A stretch of DNA of 64,000 nucleotides, taken from contig OZ024755.1 of assembly GCA_964016885.1 (NCBI GenBank), positions 13,206,001-13,270,000 of the forward strand. The letters run 5' to 3'. Made by a program: the position numbers and the translations under genes. Below, piece by piece: positions 14,332-27,500 of the stretch. Position 1 is the stretch's first letter; each line of letters begins with the position of its first letter. The notes under the pieces were generated by a model, which had not been told where the DNA came from, did no database searches, and saw nothing but the letters and a program-made list of their open reading frames with translations. The stretch comes from Eledone cirrhosa (taxonomy: Eukaryota).

Positions 14332-14765
14332 CTGAAATGAATATATTAAGGAATTCATCTTAAAATGTTTATAATTCATCATCATCATCATCATCTTCAT
14401 CATTATCATCATCATCATCATCATCATTACCACCATCATCACTGGCGTCACTATCATCATCATCATCATCACCAACACCACCACTGGTCAGGGTCAGACT
14501 TTCACCTGCCAAGGCCCTAAGCTATATGAAATTTGAGGCCCTTCTCTAAATATAATTATTTTTTATATTGATGTTAATAATAAAGAATAAATTATATATC
14601 TATATATATATAATTTTTGATGATTTTGTGTTAAAGAATAAAAACTAATGAAAAAATAAAAATATATTTTTAAAAATGAAACCCCCGAAAGTGTTTGACC
14701 CTAAGCTATAGTTTATTGAGAAAAGAAATTTTTTATTGAAAATTCCCCAAATTGAATTAACTTGC

Positions 14766-14905
14766 CTCAATAAAATGCAGTGCACCAGAGGAAATCCTAG
14801 GGAAGCGTTTTCGAAGAGTCTTTTTTTCTTTTACTTCTGGTATTTTGAGAGAAGAAAATGATGGATTCTTAACAAATAAAGCTTTATGTTGTGGAATCAG
14901 GTCTC
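14766..14905 (-). CDS. CDKL2: CDKL2/3-like kinase, coding exon 5 (GC donor)
   Basis: GDLIPQHKALFVKNPSFSSLKIPEVKEKKTLRKRFPRISSGALHFIE; 140 nt; donor GAG|GCAAGT, phase 0 matches next exon. Confidence 0.88.
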
Positions 14906-15104
14906 CTAAAATATTTGAAAAAATTTATGTTAGGTAACATTTAACTTTTAACACTCTGTAGAGCATAAAACCATATTAGTAAGGCATTGGTAAAAATAAA
15001 CCTCATTTGGTCATTTCATGAGAGTATCTTGGTCAGACTATGAACTTTTCACATATAGTCATAATATTTTATGAAGCTTCTAAATTTCTCATAAATTTCA
15101 AACA

Positions 15105-15485
15105 GGATAATAATATGATTTCCAACAGCAACTGAGCACCTTTTTGAATTCCATGTGTCTAACACTCGTGGGCATGCCTACAAAGTCAGAAAACAGCACA
15201 GCTCCCGTGACTTTCGGAAACATTTTTTCATGCTCAGAGTTGCTGCATCAGTTATTAGCTGCCGAGACACTACATCCTTTAAAACCTTCATGCTTCCTGA
15301 AATTCGCCGACACTACACCTGATATCCCCCCTCCATACACACGCACACATGTATATCATGACTCATACACTGTTCACTTTCCTGACATTTGTACATTACT
15401 CTATGTACTATATATGCACCTTTGATGAGTTGTAGTGCACCTGAGCACTGTCCAAAATAATTTCATTATTATTATTATTATTATA
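15105..15485 (+). mobile_element. CR1-type LINE 3' fragment (same family as 51890-52418)
   Basis: Shares ttccatgtgtctaacactcgtgggcatgcc...gtagtgcacctgagcact...aataatttcattattatt; tail-only copies at about 3085-3180 and 12562-12627. Confidence 0.85.
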
Positions 15486-15742
15486 TTATAATAATTGTTT
15501 CTACGTTTGGCACAAGGCCAACAATTACCCCAGTGCATTACTGATACTTTATTCTATCGACCCCGTAAGGATGAAAAGCAAAGCTAACCTCGGTGGGATT
15601 TGAACTTAGGTCATAAAGGGCCGTAACTCTATGCTGCAAAGCATGGCGTCCAACCACCTACCGATATTGTCCTATAATAAAGAATTCATTATTATTTTAT
15701 AATAATGAATTCTTTATTATAGGACAATAATATGATACTTAC

Positions 15743-15855
15743 CTACACATCTGATGATATGAAAGATTTGGTCAAGATCTGAGTCTCCAGGAAAAAGTGC
15801 ATCCCCACTTAGGATCTCAGCAACTAGACAACCAACAGCCCATATATCAACTGCT
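15743..15855 (-). CDS. CDKL2: CDKL2/3-like kinase, coding exon 4
   Basis: [37 protein letters not shown]; 113 nt; ttttacag acceptor, GTAAGT donor. Confidence 0.93.
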
Positions 15856-16141
15856 CTGTAAAAAAACAATATATCTCTGTAATATTAACAGATCTATAAA
15901 AAATAACAATTTATTTAATATCAACAGCTCTGTAAAATACAACATATCTTTGTACTACCAACAGATCTGTAAAAAAATAACATATCTGTGTAATATCAAC
16001 AGATCTGTAAAATACAATATATCTTTGTACTACCAATAGATCTGTAAATAAAAAACATATCTGTGTAATATCAACAGATCTGTAAAAGGCAAACACATCT
16101 GTGTAATATTAACAGTGCTGAAAAAAAAAAGACATATATGT
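15844..16141. repeat. 36-38 bp minisatellite, 8 units, overlapping the CDKL exon 4 acceptor
   Basis: Unit atatcaacagatctgtaaaa...atatctgtgta. Confidence 0.9.
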
Positions 16142-17370
16142 AATGTTAAAAACTGCCAGACAAGAAAACAATATTGATATTTCACATCACTTACTGTTAA
16201 TTTATAAATTATGGCTTTAAATTTTCAACAATCCATTTACCATCACATACCATATATATCAACATCATCAGCTGCAGCACTACTAACACCATCATCATTT
16301 TAACATGCACTTTCTATTCTGGATGGCTTGTCACTATCCATGACTAGACTGGTCAAAGAATTATGTCTTACTTATACATTCCATATTTTGGTATGGTCTC
16401 TATGTTTGGATACAAACTACTTTACAGAGTGTACTGGGTGCCTTTTATTATGGCACTGGCACTAGATAAGTTGACATGTATTGTCTTCGTTTGATCACCA
16501 ACCACTTTACAGAGTGCACTGGGTGCATTTTATTGTAGCACTGGCACTAGATAGGTTGTCATGCGCTCTACCCTATGCTGTCTTTGTTTGATCACCAACT
16601 TTACAGAGTGTACAGGGTGCATTTTATTGTGGCACTGGCACTAAAGATATTGTCAAAGAATTTCTCTCTACCCTACATTGTCTTGGTTTGTTCATCCACC
16701 ACTTTAAGTGTATTCCACTGTGATACCAGTAATGTTGTCATGATACAAGAAATGTTGTCATGTTCCCTTCACCCTCCAGTGTTCACTGAGGCCTCCTCCA
16801 CAATATACAGTCTCTGATTGCTCATCACATTTACTTTTAAAGTCACAGTGCTTGTACTGGTGGGCGAGTCTTTTCTAGTACAGCAAGTCACCTATGTAAA
16901 ATTATATCCATGTATAACTCCCACCGGTTGATAAGTCACACCTCCATTTCACATATATTTTGAATTAATATGTTTTAGGTTCAGTAGATAAGTCACATAT
17001 TGGTTTTTCATTTATTCTTGTGGAAAAAGTTCAACTTATATATGAATCGTCATCATTACCATCCTGGTGTCAACATTTTTGCTGCACTATTTGTAACCAG
17101 GTCACTGATATAGTTCCACTGCAACAGTGGAAATATGTCAATGAAAATTTTGAGACCAGGAAATAAATGATTTTAAAAAAAGGAGCTGATTGTTAGATCA
17201 GACCAAGGAAACTGTGTTTGTTACATTCATCTTTCTATTGTTGATACTATCGGCCAGTTACAACTCTTAGCAGAAGAAAGGAGGTGATCATTAGATCTGA
17301 TCAAGGAAACCACGTTTCCATTGATTTTTCTATTGCTGGAAAGTGAGGGAGGAAAAGAGGTACACACTCA

Positions 17371-17685
<315 letters not shown>

Positions 17686-18742
17686 CTACAAGAAAAATTA
17701 GAAACTGTTTTTAACTGTTTTGATACCAAACGGCTTGAAATCAGCTCTGGTTCTACAATACAAAGCTGCTTTATTTAAAGTGTTTATGTTCATTAAGGGT
17801 AGGTGAACTCCTCAGAGTCAACAGTCATCTACCCTCAACTATGGGTTAAATTGTCTCACCGACCCACAATTGGCCAAGTGTGGTGAGTACAGACAGCTAC
17901 ACTCACCCCTGAAGACATGACCAAAACCAATCAGAAAGCGATGGAGGCCAGCCAGGGAGGGGTTCCGCCAACAAGAGTGAGAAGGCCCAGGATTGGATTG
18001 AATGTTCATCTAAAGTTGTTAGAATATGAGATAGTATGCTTTGTGGTATTCATTTCAGCTCTCTGAGTTCAAATCCCACTGAGATTGACTTAACCTTTCA
18101 TCATTTTGAAGTTAATAATTATGGTACCAGTCAACTACTGGGATCAATCTTGTCTCTCTCTGGAAGTAATCACTTATGCTCAGACATTAAAACAGTGAGG
18201 AGGAGGATAATAATGATTATGATGGTGATGATGGTGATGGTGTTGGTGATGGTGATGGTGATAATAATAATGAAGATGATGATGGTGATGTTGGTGTTGA
18301 TGGCAATGATAATGCTGATGAGGTTGATGTTCTTCACACTGTTAATCGATGAACTGTAACAGTGAAATGGAACCTGTTTACAAAGGCAGGTTCAGTGAAG
18401 CAGAATTCAACATGGGTGGGTGAACAGACAGCCAAATGGACAGACAGAAGAGTGAAGTGATGGATGGGAAGAATAGATTGTTTTGACGAGAAAAAGGAAA
18501 TAAATAAATAGTTGTGTTGTTGATGGAGATGGTAATGACAATGATAGTAATAGTGATGATGATGAAGTTAGAGATGGTGATGATGATGAAGATGGCAATG
18601 CCTTTGACACAACTGAAGAATCCTCTCAACCCTTCTAATAATTCCTGCCAAATTTGCCTCCTTTTTATACAGAAAAGTATGAAAAAGTATTGCCTCCTTT
18701 TTACACAGAAAAGTAAGAAAACAAAAACAAAACATTTCTTAC

Positions 18743-18937
18743 ATTATGTGAATGAAAAAACTCGATCCCTTTTAAGACTTGCCACAAGATTTTCCGAGCA
18801 GCCATTTCATCAATACCATGTGGAAATCTATCAAGCTCATTCAAAACAGTATGATCAATGAATTCAAAGACTAAATAGAATCTTTTTCTTCTCTTGAAAA
18901 CTTCAATTAAATTCACTATATGGTCATGATGGAGCAT
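18743..18937 (-). CDS. CDKL2: CDKL2/3-like kinase, coding exon 2
   Basis: MLHHDHIVNLIEVFKRRKRFYLVFEFIDHTVLNELDRFPHGIDEMAARKILWQVLKGIEFFHSHN; 195 nt; tttgtag acceptor, GTAAGA donor. Confidence 0.93.
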
Positions 18938-18987
18938 CTACAAATCAGAGGAAGATCATCATCATTATTGTTTAATGCCCATTTAAA

Positions 18988-19504
<517 letters not shown>

Positions 19505-19655
19505 CTAAAATAAATAAATAAATTGATTATGCTTGGATTTTAGGGTTACCATTTAGTCAAATGACCATTCTTAGAGCCTTCAAGATCGGTGTAAGGAAAG
19601 TTATATGAAATTGTTATCACATTTGTAGGTGAAACTTTTCCAGGGAAGGAATGTT

Positions 19656-19870
19656 TAACTCTTTAGCATTTACATTACTCTATATAAACTATTATATTTT
19701 CATGGTAAAGGATTTATCTCACATAATATCGAGTCTATGAGATTTCGATATTACTTATTTTGAGAACAATACCTTAACATCAATATGAGCGGCCAGTTAC
19801 AGCCAGTTTGAACAGAAAAAAGTGAGAGAATTCTGGCCGGATACGACTGGTTTAAATGTTAAAGGGTTAA
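19656..19870. mobile_element. piggyBac-type MITE
   Basis: TTAA-CTCTTTAGCATTT...AAATGTTAAAGGG-TTAA; family copies at about 12357-12655, 39940-40163 (inverted) and 57003-57198. Confidence 0.8.
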
Positions 19871-20560
19871 ATGATTGCAGGATAAATTTTCTCATATGTA
19901 GGCAAGGGATCACTGTGAATACTCATCCAAAACTCCACAGTCAAGACACAGGACTCTGACCTAAGCTTAATATATAATTATTAGTCTCTGCTATGGTATT
20001 GTGTACTCATTCTCACGACCATCAATATTAAGTGGGTAGAAACCCCCAGCTTCTGGTAACCAGTATAGAACTTTAGATGTCCGGAGATCTTCAGGTTGAG
20101 ATGATGAGGAGAACTCCAATGACACATTCAAGCGGTACATCGTAAAAACAAAAATCATGCTCAAGCATATGAAATGGAAGGCTTAGTTCTTTCACAAGAG
20201 TACAGCTATCTTTCCTTTGATTTTAAGTTCACAAAACATATCCACACACAAGGAAATGTTATTATTGGAAGCGGACTTGATCAGTATCATTTAAAAAGGT
20301 GGAGAAATAAACTAACCATATGTATAGATTCCAACAAGAATCGGAAAAGCATCTGACCTCCTTTGGGAGCCCAAGTAATTTTTTCTTGTGGGCTGAAAAA
20401 AAAGACATACAATATTATTGAGAGGCTTAAAAAGAACCCTTAAACTTGATATTTCATGATGCATGTATGGTCCCATAACTCCTGAGGAAGTCATAAGGAC
20501 ACTGTATTGAGATACAGCATTTCTAGGTCATTTTTAAACCTGGCAGAGCCCCTCTCTTCT

Positions 20561-20562
<2 letters not shown>

Positions 20563-20644
<82 letters not shown>
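20563..20644. repeat. (AG)n microsatellite
   Basis: Pure AG run. Confidence 0.98.
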
Positions 20645-20647
<3 letters not shown>

Positions 20648-21193
20648 GATTCGATCCCAGTATTAGACTGGTACTTTTTTTACATGAAAGGTAAAGTTGA
20701 CTTCGGTGGGATTTGAACTCAGAGAGCAGAGACGACGTTCTAATGATATTTCAAGATACTTATAAAGAACTTTTGCACTTGATAACAGAAAGAATATATA
20801 TATATATGTATATGTACATATTTAGATAAAAAATAAACTATACATTTTCATAAACGAATAACATATTAAGCTTTAGAATATCATGAAGATATGTTAAACT
20901 TAAGTGTTAAACCCTGCAGGGACCCCTTCTTTCGTGACTTCCCACCCCGACCCAAATATTTTAGTAACCCTTAGAACCAATTGTAGAGACTACTATCTTA
21001 AACCACTGGTTAACGGGGGAGCTTTTTACTGTATAGATGCTTGATCTGATAAAAAATAAAGCACTTATTCATTTTAGCGTAAATATTTTTTAATATCCTC
21101 CTGGTATACCTGAAACAAAATAATTTTTTTAAGTTGCTTTTTTTTTTCGCTTTAAGAAAAAGTAATAATCAGAAACTGACCTAACGAGTGTAG

Positions 21194-21267
<74 letters not shown>

Positions 21268-21760
21268 AATTTGAAATGTGATCGTCCCAACAATAGTGAC
21301 TATAGTAATAGTCCTTCACTTATAATTAATAGTTGAGAAAATCGGGCAAAGTACACACGAAAACAGACAAATAAGTCGCCCGAAGCGGCATATTTCGTTT
21401 ACAATCATCGAAAATTAAAAACTGACTTTAAATGTTTTGATTACGTGTGTAAATATATTTTGTTTACATTTGAAAACATTCGTTGTTTACGTGTGTTCTT
21501 TTTCTTCTTTTTCTCCTCGTTGGTTTCTTTCTTCTTCTATTTTTTTTTTTCTGATTACTTTTTTTTTAAATTGTGTAGATTGTTTTAATTTTATGATAAT
21601 TTGTGTAAATAAAATATATCGCATTTATATTATTAGTTTAAAAACTGTTCATCTCCCTATAAGGCATTGATAGAAACTTTCAAACGATTTATTAGAGGGA
21701 AACTCCAGCGTCCCTAGTAGCGCGTGGTTGAGTGCGCGTGTCTTTTCCCACCTTTTACCT

Positions 21761-21802
<42 letters not shown>

Positions 21803-22856
21803 GGTAATATATATATATATATATATAATGATGGCGATGGATTTGTTTTGCGAGGTTTTTCATATGAAATCGTGTGCCGAAACAAATATTGTTATACTTG
21901 GGGATGGTCATATTGTTGTAATAATATTGACAGAAATAATAACAGAACACAATCACTGTTTGGTTTTCGCTTCTGTATCTTTTATATCTCCACGGTTAAC
22001 TCATTTGGTCCTGAATGTTTATCATTGACTGACCAAAGGTCAAAAATACAGATATAAACACATATATATAGTCTAACAAAGTTCTTTCGTTGCACATCTG
22101 CAGCATCGTCAGTGGTACTATTATGTTCCTCGTATTGTATTGTATGTCTACTCCATTTTTGTTTTATCTGTTTATTATTTATTTATTTTTACGGTATAAA
22201 CACATATAAGTTTTATTCAGTTTTATAAATAACTTAACAAATTGTTCGCAATAGAATAACATAACAAATATGTTTTAAATATATACATAAATAACATTAC
22301 AAATGCTTAGATAACATTATAAATTGCTCGCGATTCTTTCAGGATATATTCCTTTAATGTTGCAAGAAAATGTAAAGGAAGGGGTGAACAACCGAGCCAA
22401 CACCAGAGCAAAAGACAGCAGCATCTCGAGGAATACTGGGCAACCTCTCTAATGATTTTTGAAGCAAGCCAGCAAACTCGCAGCGTTGCCTCGGGTGATG
22501 GCGAGGCTATTGCCGTCTAATCTCGGGTTCAATCGGGGGTAACCACAGTAAGGTACTTAATACATAGTAGAATAAATATTTAATATGGAAATGTCTTCTA
22601 CAGGGCTAGAACTGTTTCAGTCAGATGATTTCTCTCGAATGAAACAGTTCTAGTCCTGTAGAAGCCATTTCTATATTATATGTATGTGTGTATATATATA
22701 TATATAGATGTATGTATGTGTTAGGTAATTCCGAAGGAAAAGCAAAGGAAAAAAGAGTGCTCTATGTATAGAACAGAGCTATTTAATTAGAAAGTGAACA
22801 ACACAAAATATAACTACTCCATTACATCTCATTTCATATTTTTTATCCACGTCATC

Positions 22857-22922
22857 TCTGTCTGATGACCGATCCAGACGTACATTAATATTGTCTGGAA
22901 TCCAGAAACCTTTGGTAATGGA
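22857..22922 (+). ncRNA. Type I hammerhead ribozyme motif
   Basis: TCTGT-CTGATGA-ccGATCCAGAC...GTCTGGaATCca-GAAACC(ttt)GGTA-ATGGA; intact core, base of stem II mismatched. Confidence 0.65.
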
Positions 22923-22976
22923 ATAGTTATATTTTGTGTTGTTCACTTTCTAATTATATATATATATATATATATA

Positions 22977-23162
22977 TGAGGGTAGGCTGAAAAAATCATA
23001 GGCTGACTATAAATAATGCTAGAGCTATGAAATATTGCATGCATTAATTTCAAATCTTCTTATTAATAACTGCCTTGTTTAAAAATGTTGAAAAAATAAA
23101 CATCATTTGGTCATTCCATGAGTATCTTGGTCAGCATATGAACTTTTCAGCCGATCCTCAGA
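22977..23162. mobile_element. Tc1/mariner-type MITE
   Basis: TIRs GAGGGTAGGCTGAAAAATCATAGGCTGAC / GTCAGCATATGAACTTTTCAGCCGATCCTC; copies at about 10299-10710, 47836-48040 and 57436-57634. Confidence 0.8.
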
Positions 23163-26100
23163 TGTAGTGCGTGTTTGTATATGTGATTGAGAGTGTGTCT
23201 TCTCCCACTTTTTCCTCATTATGTGTGTGTTATGTATGTGTTCGTATGCATTCTATTGAAATAGACACCTCTCTATTTTCATTGTTATTGTCGTCGTATA
23301 ACAATCGAGGAGGAGAGTAATCTCAAGTTAATATATTATATACTGTCATTATATAATTGTTTCTAACTTGGCTTTTCATCCTTACCACTAATGCACTGGG
23401 TAATTGCTGGCCTTGTGCCAAAAAGTAGAAACAATTATATAATTGTTTCTACTTTAGAAATAATTGTTTTTTTACAAAAGAAACAATTTAGTAAAAAAAA
23501 AACAAAAAAAACGGGATTGTCAATACTCATAAAAATATAAAATGAAAACGAAAGAAAATAGTAATTCAACAATAAGCAATGGGTGTCAATCAGTTACACA
23601 CCCGAGCCCCCTTCAGAATGAAGAAAGAAAAAAACGGTATAACACACACACATTCTGTTACACGCACACAACAGGGAATGCTGGTGTTACCTTCTAATGA
23701 CTTTTGAGGTAAGCCAAGACACTAACAGCATTACCACGAGTGATAGCGAGGCTAAGGCGTTGGAATAGCCAAGCCCACCCGGGAACATCACCTGATACTT
23801 CTTCAGTAAGGCTAGCCTTCATTGTTAATGTTCCGGCTCTCCCGCGAACATTTCGAATGTGACAGGCTGAGAGATATATTTTACCGATAAATTACGATAC
23901 TTCAGAAGTTTATTTCCGTTCACCTATGGCTGCAGTGATCTCCGGGATGTGAAAAGGGGCGAAATTAAAAAAAAATTAATCGTATAAAAATATTTTGTTT
24001 ACATTTGAAAACAAATTGTTTCAGTTTCTGAAAATTTTAAATGCTATATAAAATTCTGTTTCAATTTACTAAAGATGAAAATATCAATTCCAAAAGCAAT
24101 CAAAATATATTCAAATTCCATTGCGATCAACTTTACTTTTCCTCCTTGTGAGATCGATAGAATAAAGTACCAGTTGAAAGTGGAATTATTAGAGCGTCAG
24201 ACAAAAGTCTTTTCGACATTTATTCCAGCTCAAAGTTGAAATTCTTGTGTCCTATGTGGGTGGTAGACTTGATCCATCACCCATTTTAATACCACCACCT
24301 ATAGGATAGTTTACTTTGTTTCAAACATTTGTTCAAGTTAGGTCTTCGGTTTAGAGATTCTTGCCTACAAATAATCAAGGCGACATTGACTAAAACGAAT
24401 TATTATTATTTTTTTAATGCAGCTGTAAATCACAGATTAAAAAAATTAATTAAAGATAATTAAAGATTCTGAATGTCTGATGCTCAAAATATATAAATCC
24501 AGCGAGGGTTTAAAAAAAAACCGCCTAAGTGCCAAAAATAGCAACCTACGGTTTAGAAACAATTAATATAAAAAGTAGACGATGCATTCATAAATATACA
24601 AATGGATGGGATGGTCACGGGTAGAGCGCATTTGATTTATAGGTCTGATTGATCAGGATCGACCGGGCTAACAACAGTAACCTTCTCACAAGATATACAG
24701 CGATAGAAAATATTTTGAAGAACAGCAGCAACTGTCACATTCTTTATTATGTCCATTTGGTCGCCTCATTCTGTCTAGGTTAGTCCTTCCCAAACTTATT
24801 TTGTCGGAGAACACTTTATGCGATTTTCAACAAAAAAAAACTTGCGAATCTATATAAATATTTCACTGATAGTCCCCACCATAATAAGATATTAAATGGA
24901 ACAGAAAGTGTTTTAGAAAGAGAATTTATTCATTCTGAAAAAAATCTTGTATATTTTAATTAAATTTTATTAAAAGACACCTTATCCTCTGGAGCCTTGC
25001 GAGGCGAAAGAAGGGAATGTAGTTTACAAGAACAGACAGACTGCAGAAGAAACACATGGCAAGACTGCCATATTATATTTCACACAATAACATATATCGG
25101 ACCGGGCAGTGTGGTGTTTCTCAATTAAACGAAAACTTTATATATATGGGGTGCAGGCTTACACATGTAAGCATACACATATATATATATACTGTATACA
25201 GTTCTATATACTTGATATCTACACGCGTATGGCTGGCTGGGATTACTTCGTACAATAAAAGAAAGCCCCTAACACCTGACCTGCTAGAAGTAGTAGCCAA
25301 ATTTCCTTAAGATAGTACCTTAATTTTGGGGGGAAGGGCGAATATATAATAAAGCGTAGCATAATATAATGTAGTCCTGGAGATAGTATGTCTTTAAAAG
25401 ACGGGATGGCCAAAGATAGAATATATGATCAATCATGTCTGACCTAGGGTTAAACAGGAACAACCACAGCAGCACTAATAAATATCTTTAGATTGAGCTT
25501 TGCGTGTGTATTTATCTATTTGTACGTGCTCAAAATATAAACTTGTTTTTAATGACTGCTGATTAGAAATTAACAATACGAAATGTATGTTTCATTTTCT
25601 TGAAATGTATTTTAATAATATAAACAAAAGCCGCCGTGAAAAACAAATGCAAGACTTAACATAGGTGTGTTGGTAAAATTATATATATATATATATATAG
25701 GAAAATGTATGACCCCGACGGCAGAGCTCAAGCCGTTTCGACGGCTATTTCTGGACTGAAATAGCCGTCGAAACGGCTTGAGCTCTGCCGCCGGGGTCAT
25801 ACATTTTCCTATTACCCACTCTACTACCCTAAGTATTGAGTACTCTGGTGCGTTATGGTCCATCTGGTTCCTTACCACAACTCCTTCGTTTTATATATAT
25901 GTATGTGTGTGTAAATAAATATGTATATATTATATATATGTGTGTGTGTTGTATGTATGTTTATATATATACACATAGGATGACGAAGAGGGTTGGGGGG
26001 TAGGAAGTCACACACGACACAAACAAAGTAATGGAATTGTTGAGAATGAGAGAAGGAAGCAGAAAGAAAAATATATAGGAACTAGTTAAAACGATAAAGT

Positions 26101-26839
26101 AAATAAATAATAGGAGAGCGGGAAAGCTGGGAAGTGATAGAAGAGGGAAATGATAGGCAGAATTGGCAGAATCGTTAGTGTAGGACGGAAGTCCTTGCCG
26201 TATTTGTTCCGGCTGTCTGTGCTCTAAGTTCAAATCCCGTTGTGGTGAAATTCGGGTTTTATCCTTTTGTTGTGGTCAATAAAATAAAATAGAATGACCA
26301 ATCTAGGGTTGTGGAGTGGCAGAATTATCAGAGTCACAGTATTTGTTCTGGCTCTCTGAGTTCAAATTCCGCTGCGGGCTACTTAGGTGGTAGACTTAAT
26401 TAACCTATTGTCGATTGAACTCCCTTCGGTGCCTTTAGCGATGATCACTCTTTTTTGCAAGTGCGTCTTCACTTTCACCCCCTCCCTCAGTCTCAGAACC
26501 TCTGAAAAGAGTTATGGTCGTTTCTTTTCAGTCCCTGACTAAACAGTAATTTACACACACACACATGTATAAATATAATTTTGATTGGAAGCTAAACGAG
26601 CATGGTTGTGCAATCCACACTCTACTCAGCGGCGATGCGGATAAAATGAAGCCCTTAACATGTATAAATAGTACAAGCTGGAGCATTATAGAATATTAAA
26701 TAGTGGCCAAGAGATTGGGTGGGAAGAGCACTACTTTGTCGTCGGCCCCAGCAAAATATAATATATTATGGATATGGAAATAAACTTACATACAACTAGA
26801 TAAGGCTTTCATTGTAATTAATAATATACACACATACAT

Positions 26840-26874
<35 letters not shown>

Positions 26875-27189
26875 GATATATGTGTGTGTAAGTGGTTATG
26901 TCTTGAGGCTGCTACAATGCAGGTGGGCTGTAAATATTATTGTAACATAAATCAAGTGAAGAATGGGAAAGGTCAACTTAAGTGGAGAAGAGGAAGAAAA
27001 ACAAAAATCAGAGTTAATGTTACCTTGGAAATATTTATTAGTTCCAGTATATTTTGGATGTATTATCCATTATCAAGGGATCCGATTGGAACTTTGGAAA
27101 ATGTTGGAGAGGACATTTCTATGCCTCTGTGTGGCTCATGTTGAAATCAGTTCTAACTTTGGTCTGTTCATTCAGAGCTGATATGGTTT

Positions 27190-27500
27190 TCAAATACAGT
27201 TTAACTTTAAAATAAACATGTCAACTCTTGCTTGCAGGGAAAACAGGTGTTAAATGAGGAGGATGATGACACCCAAACAGCCTGTATTGTAGGAGAAAGG
27301 AGCACCGGTGGGAGTTCAAAGACAATAAAAGAAGCTTTCAGTGATCTACAAACATGCTAAACTAGAACACGATGGTTCACTGGAAAACATCAAGGTGAAG
27401 ATCCCGTCCATACACTGAGTCAACATAATGCTTAGACAGATTAAAGAAGCCACACGTATAGAGAAATTAAACCCATCCTTAATAGAGAGCAGTGATGGAA
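27190..27500 (+). mobile_element. Decayed Penelope-like element GIY-YIG endonuclease fragment
   Basis: Frameshifted ...ACIVGERS... then IYKHAKLEHDGSLENIKVKIPSIH*VNIMLRQIKEATRIEKLNPSL, matching the PLE endonuclease R-x-x-x-EA-x-x-I-x-x-x-x-P-x-LN pattern. Confidence 0.7.
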
